In this document: in pieces, positions 48,739 through 58,368 of the stretch
How positions within the stretch are numbered: position 1 is the first letter of the stretch
Layout of the letters: each line of letters begins with the position of its first letter
From: an uncultured delta proteobacterium
GTDB taxonomy: Bacteria; Myxococcota; UBA727; VGSZ01
Reading direction: 5' to 3'
Length of the DNA: 64,000 bases
Assembly: GCA_963775425.1 (NCBI GenBank)
Contig: CAVZJB010000004.1
Coordinates: 192,001-256,000 of the forward strand
The notes under the pieces: model-generated
What the model saw: only the letters and a program-made list of their open reading frames with translations
Databases searched by the model: none
Told to the model about the DNA's origin: nothing
Position numbers and translations under genes: made by a program

Positions 48739-50120
48739 GCGGGCTCCTCGGCGAAGGGGGGCGCGACGGTGCCGTCGTCGACGCTCTCGGCGCAACGAAA
48801 GCCGGCGGTGACCGCGAGGCGCCGGATGGTCGCGCGCCACGCGTCGACGTCGCCGGACGCGGGATAGGGCGCGCGCACGGGGAGGTCGTTTTCGAGGAGC
48901 GCCAGCGGCGACACGGCGCCGCCGCCGCGCAGGACGACGGCGTCGGTGCCCGCGGGCAGCTCGGGGACGGCGGGCGCCACGCGGCCGGGGACGAGGGTCC
49001 ACTCGGCGACGTTGCCGCCGAGGTCGGCGACGCCGACGCCCGCGCCGCGCAGCGCGTTCGACGACGAGAAGCTCCCGACGGCGACGGGCGCGCCGGCGCA
49101 GGCGGTGCCGGGGATGCTGAAGTTGGCGACGACGACGCCCGCGCCGTCGTCGTCCCGGCACGACACCGCGGCGCCGTCGTCGTCCCAGGGGTACCGCCCG
49201 CGGACGGCGGGGTCGGCGCGGTGGGCGGCGGCGAAGTCCCACTCGTCGTCGGTCGGCAAGCGCTCGCCGAAGAATTCGCACAGCTCCTCGGCCTCCGCCG
49301 GGACCAGGCCGGTGACGGGCTCGTCGTCCACCACGCCGGCGGCCAGCCGCTGCCGCACCGGGTGCTCGGGGTTGCCCGCGAGGCAGCCGCCGGCGGCGAC
49401 GCAGCGGGCGAAGCGCTCCCAGGTGACCTCGGTGGCGTCGAGCGCGAAGGGCGCGACGTCGACGACGTCGCCGCTCGCCTCCAGGTGCGATCCGCCGGCG
49501 AACGCGGTGAGGTGCCCCTCGAGCGGCGAGACGCCTTGGCAGCACGGATCGTCGTCGACGGCGCAGCGCTGCGGCGGCGCGCCCCGGTCGGCGACGTCGA
49601 AGCGGCCGCACACGGAGTCCTCGAGGGCGTTGACGATGCGGTCGCCGTCGTCGTCGAAGTCGGCGCGCTCGTGGACGAGCTCCACGGTCTTGGCCGCGTA
49701 CGGCTGGAGCGTGACGAGGTCGGACGCGAATTCCGCGAGCTCGGCGCGTCCGCCGCAGCGGTCGGCGCCCTCGAGGGCGAGGATGAAGCGCGCCTTGGCC
49801 GCGTGCACGCGCAGGTGGACGGCGCATGTGCCCGTGGCGTCGCAGGGCACCGGCAGGGGGCTCTTCACCGAGGCGCTCTCGTCGCCGGTGACGACGTCGA
49901 CGGTGAGCGCCTCGCCGCGCCCGTCCTCGACGGTGAGCGTGGCCGAGGGCGCCCGCAGGCCCGGCAGGGCGTTGTCCCCGAGCGAGAGCAACAGGCTCGC
50001 GTCCGCGGGCGGCGCACACCCGCCGAGCAGCGCCAGGGCCGCCGCCGCAGCCCACGCGCAGGGCCCGCGCGCGAACGGCCGCGGCTGCGCGTGCCCCCTG
50101 GCGACCCGCCGGCGCGTCAC
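48723..50120 (-). CDS. FGE-sulfatase (SUMF1) domain lipoprotein
   Basis: Lipobox LGGC; FALDATEVT, RLPTDDEWDFAA, DLGGNVAEW, VLRGG, GFRCA; GTGA overlap. Confidence 0.8.
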   Translation of the reverse strand: MTRRRVARGHAQPRPFARGPCAWAAAAALALLGGCAPPADASLLLSLGDNALPGLRAPSATLTVEDGRGEALTVDVVTGDESASVKSPLPVPCDATGTCAVHLRVHAAKARFILALEGADRCGGRAELAEFASDLVTLQPYAAKTVELVHERADFDDDGDRIVNALEDSVCGRFDVADRGAPPQRCAVDDDPCCQGVSPLEGHLTAFAGGSHLEASGDVVDVAPFALDATEVTWERFARCVAAGGCLAGNPEHPVRQRLAAGVVDDEPVTGLVPAEAEELCEFFGERLPTDDEWDFAAAHRADPAVRGRYPWDDDGAAVSCRDDDGAGVVVANFSIPGTACAGAPVAVGSFSSSNALRGAGVGVADLGGNVAEWTLVPGRVAPAVPELPAGTDAVVLRGGGAVSPLALLENDLPVRAPYPASGDVDAWRATIRRLAVTAGFRCAESVDDGTVAPPFAEEPACPAP

Positions 50121-51001
50121 GGCTTCCTCAGGGCTTCGACGTCGTTCGGGCCGTAGCGGGGGACGCTCGCGTGCACGTCGACGTCGCTGGGGCCGAGGGC
50201 GTACGCGAGGCCGAGGGCGAGGGCGCCGCCGGCGAGGACGGCGCCGCCGCCCCCGAGCCAGACCCACAGCGACGACGCGGGCGCGTCCTCGAGCACCACC
50301 GGGAGCGGCGCGGTCTTGCCCGCCTTCACCACCGCGTGCGCCACCCACGGCACCTTGCCCGGCGCGTCGACCTTCACGTCGTGCGGCCCGATGGCGAGGC
50401 CGCCGACCGTGGCGCCGCGCGCCTCGCTCGTGCGGTCGACGCCGTCGACGAGGACCACCGCGTCCGCCGGCAGCCCCTTGAGCGAGAGCGCGCCCGGGGG
50501 CCGCGCCTTCGCCTCGAGCATCAGCGTGTCCGCGGCGGCGCGGACGACGTCGGGGAGCTCCTTGTCCGGCCCCGCCCACGTCATGGACACGCGGTTCACC
50601 ACCACGATGGCCTTGGCGTTCAACAGCGTGAGCGACACGAGCGCGGCGCCGTCCGCCGCCCGCTCGAGCCCGCCGGCGACGACGAGCTCCGCGTCGAGCG
50701 CCTGCGCGATCTCGGCGAGGCAGCCGCTGTCGTCGCAGCCGGCGAGCGCCTTGTTCGCCTCCTGGTCGAGCGCCGTGCGCACCTCCTCGGCCGAGAGCAC
50801 CTGGTAGCCGGGCACCGCCGCCGCCTCCGCCGCAACGATCTGGCCGAGGCTCGTCTTCACGCCCGCGTAGGCGGGCGCGGCCTTGAGGTCCATCAGCATC
50901 ACCCGGACGTGGTCGCCGCCGGCTGCGCAGGCGTCGTCGCCGGACGCGCCCAGGAGCGACCCGGTGACGGCGACGACCGCGAGCGCGAGGGAGGCCCCCA
51001 T
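50117..51001 (-). CDS. Secreted PEGA-domain protein with C-terminal membrane anchor
   Basis: Signal peptide, GCDDSGCLAEI motif, AVVLVDG..GPHDVKVDAPG, C-terminal TM. Confidence 0.75.
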   Translation of the reverse strand: MGASLALAVVAVTGSLLGASGDDACAAGGDHVRVMLMDLKAAPAYAGVKTSLGQIVAAEAAAVPGYQVLSAEEVRTALDQEANKALAGCDDSGCLAEIAQALDAELVVAGGLERAADGAALVSLTLLNAKAIVVVNRVSMTWAGPDKELPDVVRAAADTLMLEAKARPPGALSLKGLPADAVVLVDGVDRTSEARGATVGGLAIGPHDVKVDAPGKVPWVAHAVVKAGKTAPLPVVLEDAPASSLWVWLGGGGAVLAGGALALGLAYALGPSDVDVHASVPRYGPNDVEALRKP

Positions 51002-51067
51002 GCCGCCGGTGTACCACGCACGATCGGCGACCGCAGAGCGCGGCCGCGCTGATCCGGACGCGCCCGC

Positions 51068-52378
51068 TCAGGGCCGGCCGATGCCCACGTACGCGAAGCC
51101 CTTGTCCCGCAGCGCGTCGGGCGCGTAGATGTTGCGGCCGTCGAAGACCACGGGGCCGGGCGGCTCGGGCGCCATGCGCTTTTTGATGTCGTCCCAGTCG
51201 GGCATGCGGAACTCGGCCCACTCCGTCATCAGCACCACGCCGCTCGCGCCGTCGACGGCGGCGTACTCGTCCTCGACGAAGGTGACCTTGTCGCCGAAGC
51301 GCGCCTTGGCGTTCTTCATGGCGGCGCGGTCGTAGGCGCGCACCTTGGCGCCCGCGGCGAGGAGCCCTTCCATGAGCGGGATGGAAGGCGCCTCGCGGAT
51401 GTCGTCCGTGCGCGGCTTGAACGCGATGCCCCACACGGCGAACGTGCGCCCGGCGAGCGCCCCGCGGAAGCGCTCGACGATCTTTTCGAGCATCACGCCG
51501 CGCTGCCGCTGGTTGGCCGCCTGCGTCGCCTCGATGATGCCGAGGGGGACGCCGGCTTCGCGCGCGGAGTGAAGGAGCGCGCTCACGTCCTTCGGGAAGC
51601 ACGAGCCGCCGTAGCCGACGCCGGGGTACAGGAAGGACTTGCCGATGCGCGAGTCCGTGGAGATGCCGTGGCGCACGTCGTCGATGCTCGCGCCCACCTG
51701 CTCGCAGAGGCCCGCGAGCTCGTTCATGAAGGAGATGCGCACGGCGAGCATCCCGTTGGCGGCGTACTTGACGAGCTCCGCCGAACGGGTGCCCATGTGG
51801 AGGATGCGCAGCTCGCGCAGCATCAGCGGGCGGTACAGGCGCTCGAGCACCTCGCGCGCGTGGGGATCGTCGGTGCCGATGATGATCCGCTCGGGCTTCA
51901 AGAAGTCGGCGACGGCGTCGCCCTCCTTCAGGAACTCGGGGTTCGACGCCACGGCGATGGCGTGTTTGGCCCCGGCGACCGCCTCGCGGAGCTTCTCGGC
52001 GGTGCCCACCGGCACCGTGGACTTGGTGACGAGGACGAGCGGCCCCGTGGCCGCCTGCGCCACCTGCCTCGCGGCGTCGAAGATCATCGAGAGGTCGGCC
52101 CCGCCGTCGCTGCCCGGCGGCGTGCCCACCGCGAGCATGGCGACGTCGGCGCCGGCGACGGCGTCCGCGAGGACGGTGGTGAACGACAGGCGCGCGGCGC
52201 CCTCGTTGCGCTTGATGAGCTCCTCGAGCCCGGGCTCGTAAAACGGCACCTGTCCGCTCTTCAGGGCCGCGATCTTGGCGTCGTCGACGTCGACGCACAC
52301 GACCTCGACGCCCGCGTCCGCGAGCCCCGCCCCGGTCACGAGCCCGACGTATCCGGTTCCGACGACACACACCTTCAT
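51068..52378 (-). CDS. ugd: UDP-glucose 6-dehydrogenase
   Basis: GTGYVGL, KSTVPVGT, NPEFLKEG, GYGGSCFPKD, FKPRTDDIRE, DGRN. Confidence 0.95.
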   Translation of the reverse strand: MKVCVVGTGYVGLVTGAGLADAGVEVVCVDVDDAKIAALKSGQVPFYEPGLEELIKRNEGAARLSFTTVLADAVAGADVAMLAVGTPPGSDGGADLSMIFDAARQVAQAATGPLVLVTKSTVPVGTAEKLREAVAGAKHAIAVASNPEFLKEGDAVADFLKPERIIIGTDDPHAREVLERLYRPLMLRELRILHMGTRSAELVKYAANGMLAVRISFMNELAGLCEQVGASIDDVRHGISTDSRIGKSFLYPGVGYGGSCFPKDVSALLHSAREAGVPLGIIEATQAANQRQRGVMLEKIVERFRGALAGRTFAVWGIAFKPRTDDIREAPSIPLMEGLLAAGAKVRAYDRAAMKNAKARFGDKVTFVEDEYAAVDGASGVVLMTEWAEFRMPDWDDIKKRMAPEPPGPVVFDGRNIYAPDALRDKGFAYVGIGRP

Positions 52379-52424
52379 GCCGCCTTGTTGCCCCACGGGG
52401 CCGGCGAGGGCAAGGTCCGCGCCC

Positions 52425-53840
52425 ATGCCCCCCTCCTGCCGGCGCTTGTCCCTCCCGGCGCTCGCCCTCGTCGCGCTCGCCGCTTCGTCGTCGCGCGCGG
52501 ACGAGGGGAGGTTCCAGGACTTCGCCGCCGGCGCCCGCGCCGCGGCCCTCGGCGGCGCCTACGGGGCGCTCTCCGACGACGCCACCGGCGTGTTCTACAA
52601 CCCCGCCGGCCTCGTCGACGTGCGCACCGCGCGGCTGAACGTGGCCACGAGCCTCTACGGCCTCGAGCTCATCGGGGCCACGCCCATCGAGAGCGACCTG
52701 TTGCGCCGCGGCGTCACGCCGGCGGACCTCATCTTCGTCCCGTCGTCGACGGGCTACGTGCAGGGCGTCGGCGACACCCTCCCTTCGGGTGCGTACGAGG
52801 ACGCCGTCGCCGTCGGCACCCTCGTCCCCGAGTACACCTCGCGCTTCTCCGAGGACGTCCCCAAACAGCTCGACGGCACGCGCTACCGCTCCGCCCTCAC
52901 CGACCGCCGCCTGGTCGGCGGCGCGGCGTGGGCGCACCGCCTCGGGCCGTGGCTGCGCGTCGGCATCGCGGGCCACTACCTCCTGCGCACGCTCGACGAC
53001 GAGGAGAGCCTGGTCTCCGGCGACCTCGGCGTCCCCGGCGCCTTCGTCGACGCCTCCACGCGGCTGCGCATGAGCAACCACGCCGTCCGCGCCGTCGCGG
53101 GCGCCAAGGTCTGGCTCGGGCCGCGCACCACGCTCGGGCTCGCGGTCACCACGCCCGCGTTGAGCCTCTGGCGCGACGCCTCCTTCGAGCGCGTCGTCGC
53201 CTCCTCCGCGGGCGGCGACGACCCCGGCCGCTACGACGCGGACCGCGTCGGCGCCTCCGGCTTCGAGATGCAAAGCGACGTCCCGGGCGGCGCGCGGCTC
53301 GGCTTCGCGTTCACGGAGCCCGCGAGCTACACCGTCGCCGTCGACGTCACCGGGTGGCTGCCCGCCTCCTACGACGTCATCTCCGACAAGCTCCTCGAAA
53401 ACGTCGCCGTCACCCGCGTGCCGGTGCCGCTCCACGTCGATCGCGACGCGGTGCTGAACGTCGCCGTGGGCGTCGACGCGCTCCTGTCCGACGACCTGTC
53501 CCTCGCCGTCGGCGCGTTCACCAACTTCACCGGCGCTCCGCCCCTCGACGTCGACAAGAGCGGCGCGCTCCTCCCGTCGAGCTCGCGCCTGTCGCGCGTG
53601 AACATGATCGGCGGCTCGCTCTCGCTCGGCTTTCACGGCCAGTTCAGCGTCACGCGCATCGGCCTCACCGGCTCCGCCGGCTACGGCGACATCGTCAGCC
53701 CGGCGGCGCCCGACGCGCGCTTCCTTCAGGAGGGCCCGCCGCTCGTGAAGGACAGCGAGGCGCAGACGCTCATCTACCTGTTCTGGTCGTCGACGTTTCG
53801 CTTCGGCGAGGAGTCCAGCGGCCGCGACTACACGCTCTAG
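52425..53840 (+). CDS. FadL/OmpP1-like outer-membrane channel
   Basis: GARAAALGGA..DDATGVFYNPAGL plug motif; beta-strand pattern. Confidence 0.8.
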   Translation: MPPSCRRLSLPALALVALAASSSRADEGRFQDFAAGARAAALGGAYGALSDDATGVFYNPAGLVDVRTARLNVATSLYGLELIGATPIESDLLRRGVTPADLIFVPSSTGYVQGVGDTLPSGAYEDAVAVGTLVPEYTSRFSEDVPKQLDGTRYRSALTDRRLVGGAAWAHRLGPWLRVGIAGHYLLRTLDDEESLVSGDLGVPGAFVDASTRLRMSNHAVRAVAGAKVWLGPRTTLGLAVTTPALSLWRDASFERVVASSAGGDDPGRYDADRVGASGFEMQSDVPGGARLGFAFTEPASYTVAVDVTGWLPASYDVISDKLLENVAVTRVPVPLHVDRDAVLNVAVGVDALLSDDLSLAVGAFTNFTGAPPLDVDKSGALLPSSSRLSRVNMIGGSLSLGFHGQFSVTRIGLTGSAGYGDIVSPAAPDARFLQEGPPLVKDSEAQTLIYLFWSSTFRFGEESSGRDYTL

Positions 53841-54265
53841 AGCATCACCACCAGCGCGAGCGCGCCCATGGCGAGCGCGACGGCGCCGGCCACCACGGTG
53901 ATGACGCCGTTGCGGTCGTCTTCGACGCGCGTCCCGCACAGCGCGCGCGGAGCAGGCGCGGGCAGGTTCGAGGGCTGAACGGCGTGGCGCAGCACGACGT
54001 CGGGGATCACGGGCTCGAGGCCGCCGGCGCGCATGCGCACGGCCACGTCGCGCACGCAGCTCGCCGCGAGGCCGTGGGGGGCGACGCGGGCGAGGCAGTG
54101 AAACAGCGGCATGAGGTCACCGCCGCGGGCCATGCTCGACGCGAGCGCGCGGCGGGCGACCGCGACGTCGAGCGGGGCGCTCCACGACGGCCGGCCGCAC
54201 AGCGTGCGCACCAGGGCGTCGTCGAGCCACGGCGGGAGCGCGACCGCGGTCTCAGTCGGCGTCAT
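53837..54265 (-). CDS. Hypothetical protein with C-terminal TM helix
   Basis: 142 aa ORF; hydrophobic C-terminus. Confidence 0.5.
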   Translation of the reverse strand: MTPTETAVALPPWLDDALVRTLCGRPSWSAPLDVAVARRALASSMARGGDLMPLFHCLARVAPHGLAASCVRDVAVRMRAGGLEPVIPDVVLRHAVQPSNLPAPAPRALCGTRVEDDRNGVITVVAGAVALAMGALALVVML

Positions 54266-54447
54266 GGGTCACCTCGGCGTCCTCGACGACGTCCCCCTCG
54301 TCGGAGAGGTCGACGTCGCCGACGACGGTCGCGTCGTCGGTCTCCACGATCACCCGCAGGTTGACCGCATGGGCGGCGGGACCCGCGCGATCCAAGAATC
54401 TCACGGAGCGCCTCGAGGGCCTGGTTGGCGAGCATGGCCGTGTTCAT
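54252..54447 (-). CDS. Small acidic hypothetical protein, apparent +1 frameshift at 54395-54401
   Basis: MNTAMLANQALEALREI then LDRAGPAAHAVNLRVIVETDD..HDAD-stop in the frame with normal GC3 usage. Confidence 0.45.
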
Positions 54448-54460
54448 ACGGACGATTAGA

Positions 54461-54477
54461 TTCAATCGGTGTGCCAG
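54461..54477 (-). promoter_or_regulatory. Possible sigma-54 promoter
   Basis: CTGGCAC-ACCGA-TTGAA: good -24 element and spacing, -12 GC replaced by GA; 13 bp before ATG 54447. Confidence 0.35.
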
Positions 54478-54579
54478 CCAACGTGCGCGCCCTGACGCCG
54501 CCGCCAGGGTTTTGACGTGCGGTTCCCCCCGGCGCCTGTGCCCGCTCGCTCGGCCCCCCGCCACCGACATGTCGGCTCG

Positions 54580-55221
54580 TCAGCGCGCCCCTCGCAGCAG
54601 CGCGCGCAGGGCGCCGGCGGCACGCTCGCCCGGGCGGTTGCAGGCGATGACATCGACGATGGCCTCCGCCGGCACGGCCCGCGCGAGGATCACGCCGTTC
54701 GGCGCGCGGAAGATCGTGAAGCCCGCCGCGCGCACCGCCGCCGGCGAGACCGCGAGCAGCACGTCGACGCCGGCGCGCTTGCCGACCCTGGCCCGCTCGC
54801 TCTCGGCGAGGTGCACGTGGCTGCGCTCCATGGCGCGCAGCCCTTCGACACAGATGGCGGCAGCGACGGCGGCGTGGGTGCCGTGGAAGAGCAGCTCGTC
54901 GCCGGCGACGGTCTCCCACGTCGCCTCGAGCCCCTCGAGGGTGACCGGCGTGCCGCTCGAGTGGCCCTGGCAGGCGCGGATGCGGGCCCCGGGCAGCGCG
55001 GCGCTCACGGCGCCTGGCGCGAGCGTCGGGCCGCGCAGCTCGTAGCGGCCCTTGTCGTTGTCCCGCACCACCTCGTCGAGCGCGGCGGGCGTCATGCGCA
55101 CCAGGCGCAGGACGTCGTCGACGGCGGCGAAGCCGGCGCCGTCCATGGAAAGCCCGCTCTCGATCGCCCCGTGGCGCAGGAGCCACGCGAGCCTCTTGCT
55201 CTTGTTCTTCACGTCGTTCAC
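54580..55221 (-). CDS. kptA: RNA 2'-phosphotransferase (Tpt1/KptA)
   Basis: SKRLAWLLRH, KGRY, IRACQGHS, LFHGT, HVHL, NGVIL. Confidence 0.9.
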   Translation of the reverse strand: MNDVKNKSKRLAWLLRHGAIESGLSMDGAGFAAVDDVLRLVRMTPAALDEVVRDNDKGRYELRGPTLAPGAVSAALPGARIRACQGHSSGTPVTLEGLEATWETVAGDELLFHGTHAAVAAAICVEGLRAMERSHVHLAESERARVGKRAGVDVLLAVSPAAVRAAGFTIFRAPNGVILARAVPAEAIVDVIACNRPGERAAGALRALLRGAR

Positions 55222-55302
55222 GGCGTCCTCCTCGGCGCGACCGGCTCGACGCTCAGGAGAGCACCTGCGTTCACCGTCTGCTCTCGAATGTCGATAGCTG
55301 TC

Positions 55303-55317
55303 ATCACGATCTATGAT
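55303..55317. promoter_or_regulatory. LysR-type operator (T-N11-A)
   Basis: ATCA-N7-TGAT palindrome overlapping the TATGAT -10 box of the LysR gene. Confidence 0.6.
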
Positions 55318-55322
55318 TCCTC

Positions 55323-56237
55323 GTGGACTCCGACGACCTCCGCGCCTTCGCCGCGTTCGCCGACACGCTGAGCTTCACCCGCGCGGCCGAGCGCGTGCAC
55401 CTGTCGCAGCCCGCGGTGTTCGCGGTGGTGAAGCGGCTCGCGGAGGACGTCGGCGTCGCGCTCTACGACAAGCGCGGCCGCGCCCTCGCGCTCACGCGCG
55501 CCGGCGAGCGGCTCGCGGCCCACGCGCGCGACGTCGTCGACGCCGAGCGCGCGCTGCGCGCATCCCTCGACGGCGAAGGCGACGGCGCGGTCTGCGTCCT
55601 CGCCTGCGGTGAGGGCGCGCTCGTGCACGTGGTGGGCGAGGGCGTGGCCGCGTTCGTGCGCGCGCACCCGCGAGCGCTCCGCGTGCGCATCGCCGACGGC
55701 CAGGGCGCCCTCGAGGCCGTTCGCCGCGGCGGCGCCCACGTCGCCGTCGTCGCCGGCGGCGCCGCCGACGACGACCTCGTCGCCCGCCCCATCCGCACGA
55801 GCCGCGTCGTCGCCGTCGCCGCGCGGGAGATCTGGGACGCCCTGCCGGCGCCGCCCGGCGCCGATCGCGGCGAGGCCGGCGCGCGCAGGCCGTCGTCGTC
55901 GCGCGCCCGCGCCGCGGCGATGCCGATCGCCGCGCTCGCGCGGGCGCCGCTCATCCTCCCCCCGCGCGGACGCCCGCTCCGCGCCGCCGTCGACGACGCG
56001 CTCGCCGCGCGCGGGCTCGAGGCCACCGTCGCCGTCGAGGCCTCCGGCTGGAGCGCGCTGGTGGCGCTCGCGCGGCTCGGCTGCGGCCTGGCGCTCGTCA
56101 ACGACGTCGTGCCCACGCCCGGCCTGGTCGCGCGCCCGGTGTCCGGCCTCGCGCCGGTCGTCTACCGCGTGGTGAGCCGCCGCCGTCGCAGCGCGCTCGC
56201 TGCGGCGCTCGTCACGGCGCTCGCGTCGCAGGCTTGA
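55323..56237 (+). CDS. LysR family transcriptional regulator
   Basis: SFTRAAERVHLSQPAV..LTRAGE HTH; substrate-binding domain. Confidence 0.92.
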   Translation: MDSDDLRAFAAFADTLSFTRAAERVHLSQPAVFAVVKRLAEDVGVALYDKRGRALALTRAGERLAAHARDVVDAERALRASLDGEGDGAVCVLACGEGALVHVVGEGVAAFVRAHPRALRVRIADGQGALEAVRRGGAHVAVVAGGAADDDLVARPIRTSRVVAVAAREIWDALPAPPGADRGEAGARRPSSSRARAAAMPIAALARAPLILPPRGRPLRAAVDDALAARGLEATVAVEASGWSALVALARLGCGLALVNDVVPTPGLVARPVSGLAPVVYRVVSRRRRSALAAALVTALASQA

Positions 56238-56243
56238 CGCGCG

Positions 56244-57611
56244 TCAGCCGCCGGGCTGGAAGACGAACGAGTTCGAGATGGTGACCTCACCGTCCGACGG
56301 CGCCGGGAAGCGGATGCGCCGCAGCGTGTTCAGCACGCACTGCGCGACCTCCGCGGAGCCGAGGCCGTCCTTGACCACGCGGGCGTCCGTGACGCGGCCG
56401 CGCTCGGCGATGGTGAACTCGACGACGAGCTTGCCCTGGAGCTTGGAGTTCGCCTTGAGGGCGCTCTCGTAGCAGGCCTGGAACGCGTCCTGGCGGCGCC
56501 GGATGGTGGCCGCCACGCCCTTCTTGTCCACACGCCCGTCGACCGCCTCGACGTCGGAGGCGTGGACGCGGGCGACGATGCGCGCCGCGTGCTTGTGGCC
56601 GGTGTCGACGGCGCCGCCGCCGCCGGTGGAGAGCACGCCGATGTCCGCGGCGCCGCCGCAGCCGCCGCCGCAGCCGCCGCCCGCGCCGCCGCCACCCTCG
56701 CCGCGGCGGGTGACGCCGCCGCCGCCCGAGGCGATGCCGACGCCTGCGGTCCCCTGCAGCGCGCTGCCGATGTCGTCGGAGATGGCGGAGCCGCTGCCGA
56801 AGACGGAGCCGACGGCGCCGCCGCCGCCGCCGCCGCGGCCGCCGATGAGCTGGAGGATGCCGCGACCGGCGATGGCCTCGCGCAACGCGGCGCGGTCGTG
56901 GCCCATGCCGCCGCCGCCGCCCTTCTTGCCGCCGCCACCACCACCGCCGCCGCCGCCGCCGTCCTCGTGCTTCACCGGCTCCTTGCCGACGCCGACCTTG
57001 ACGTTGGTCTCGACGTTGATGGGGACCTTGGGCACGTCGAGCTTGGGCGGCGTGATGGTCTCCACGATCTTGCGCAGGTCCTCGATCTCCGGCGGCTTCG
57101 CCGGCTCCGCGACCTTGACGATGATGCCGAACGCCGCGTGCAGCAGGAACGACGCGAGCAGCACCGCCGTGAAGATGGGCTCGATCTGCCCGAAGAGGCC
57201 GCTCTTCAGGTTGACCGGCAGCTCGGGCGCCGGCGCCGCCGGCGGCGCGGGCACGAAGTGGAACAGGACGGTGATCTCGTTGGAGAGCTTGATGCGCCCA
57301 CGCGCGGTCTCGTCGAGAGGGACCTTGAACTTGTCGCCGGACTTCTCGGCGCTCGGCTGCAGCTCCGCGAGCTTGGCGCCCTGGCCCGGGTGCCGCTCCA
57401 CCTGGCCGGACTGCTCGCTGCCGAAGGCGAGGTAGTACTTGTCGCCCTTGACCTCGAACACGGTCACCGAGCGCGGCAGGTCGCTGCCCTGCAGGACGAA
57501 GGTGTTCCCGGGCGCCGTGCCGAACGACACGGGTCCGCGCGTGCGCACGAGGCGCTCCTCGATGACGTTCACCCCCTGGATGACGCCGATTCGAAGGACC
57601 TTGTCGCTCAT
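56244..57611 (-). CDS. gltG: GltG/PglI-like protein (FHA-like, TM, Gly-rich linker, TonB_C/AgmX-PglI C-terminal domain)
   Basis: ACYESAL..LQGKLVVEFTI..G.V..CVL..FPAP C-terminus; cluster context. Confidence 0.75.
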   Translation of the reverse strand: MSDKVLRIGVIQGVNVIEERLVRTRGPVSFGTAPGNTFVLQGSDLPRSVTVFEVKGDKYYLAFGSEQSGQVERHPGQGAKLAELQPSAEKSGDKFKVPLDETARGRIKLSNEITVLFHFVPAPPAAPAPELPVNLKSGLFGQIEPIFTAVLLASFLLHAAFGIIVKVAEPAKPPEIEDLRKIVETITPPKLDVPKVPINVETNVKVGVGKEPVKHEDGGGGGGGGGGGKKGGGGGMGHDRAALREAIAGRGILQLIGGRGGGGGGAVGSVFGSGSAISDDIGSALQGTAGVGIASGGGGVTRRGEGGGGAGGGCGGGCGGAADIGVLSTGGGGAVDTGHKHAARIVARVHASDVEAVDGRVDKKGVAATIRRRQDAFQACYESALKANSKLQGKLVVEFTIAERGRVTDARVVKDGLGSAEVAQCVLNTLRRIRFPAPSDGEVTISNSFVFQPGG

Positions 57612-57665
57612 GACGAAAACACCTCGAACCCTCCGACAACCCCCGCGCGCGGCGGGTTCTCGAGC

Positions 57666-58367
57666 TTACTGCGGACGGATCACGGCGAAGCGGAAGTCTG
57701 CAAACCCCGAGTCGCCACAGGTCACCAGGACGTCTGTAAGCACTCGGTAAGGTGTGCGTTTGTCGGCGAGGATGATCACCTTGCCGTCGAATTTCGAGCC
57801 AGTCACCTGCGCGGTCACCTCCTTGATCTCCTTGGCGCGCTTGAGCGCCTCGCGCAGCGGGACGATGACGAAGTTCCCCGTGGCGGGGTCCTTGATGTTG
57901 TCCGGGACGCGGTAGGTCTTGGGGTCGAGCTCTGCGACGGGCTTGCCGTCGACGACGATGCGCGGGGTCACCAGGCTCACCTGCACCACGCCCTTCACGG
58001 TGCGCTTCTGCTGCGGCCCCGTGATCATGACGATGGTGGCCTCTTCGATGGCGCCGCAGCCGTCCGGAGGCTTCTCGTCGGCCTTGAGGGTGGCGTCGGG
58101 GATACAGATGGAGTGCGGCAGCTCGATGCTCGGCTCCTTCACCTCGACGGGGTTCGTGGCGAAGGTCTTCAGCAGATAGACGAGGAGCATCGTGACCATG
58201 TCGGTCAGCGACGTGATGGAGATGGGCGGCGTCTTCTTGAGTGGGCGGCGGCCGCGCTTGCTGTTCTTCTTCTTCTTCCCGCCCTGCGCGCGCACCTCGG
58301 CCGGCCAGCCCTTGTAGGCCCCCGTGCCGTCGCCGATGCCGTCGCCGATGCCGTCCGAGCCGCTCAT
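57666..58367 (-). CDS. aglS: ExbD/TolR family, AglS-like
   Basis: ISITSLTDMVTMLLVYLLK; ADKRTPY..VLVT. Confidence 0.75.
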   Translation of the reverse strand: MSGSDGIGDGIGDGTGAYKGWPAEVRAQGGKKKKNSKRGRRPLKKTPPISITSLTDMVTMLLVYLLKTFATNPVEVKEPSIELPHSICIPDATLKADEKPPDGCGAIEEATIVMITGPQQKRTVKGVVQVSLVTPRIVVDGKPVAELDPKTYRVPDNIKDPATGNFVIVPLREALKRAKEIKEVTAQVTGSKFDGKVIILADKRTPYRVLTDVLVTCGDSGFADFRFAVIRPQ

Positions 58368-58368
58368 G

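Noticed and set aside
48723-50120. FGE/C-type lectin proteins as diversity-generating retroelement targets
   Set aside because: No reverse transcriptase and no template/variable repeat pair seen in the window
48723-53939. 1738 aa ORF and other very long Arg/Ala-rich ORFs (59969-63553, 51569-54364, 37864-40350)
   Set aside because: Shadow frames caused by stop-codon scarcity at high GC; only the 3' parts of the first two are real genes
56610-56960. GCC/CCG runs in gltG
   Set aside because: Gly-rich periplasmic linker typical of GltG/TonB-like proteins
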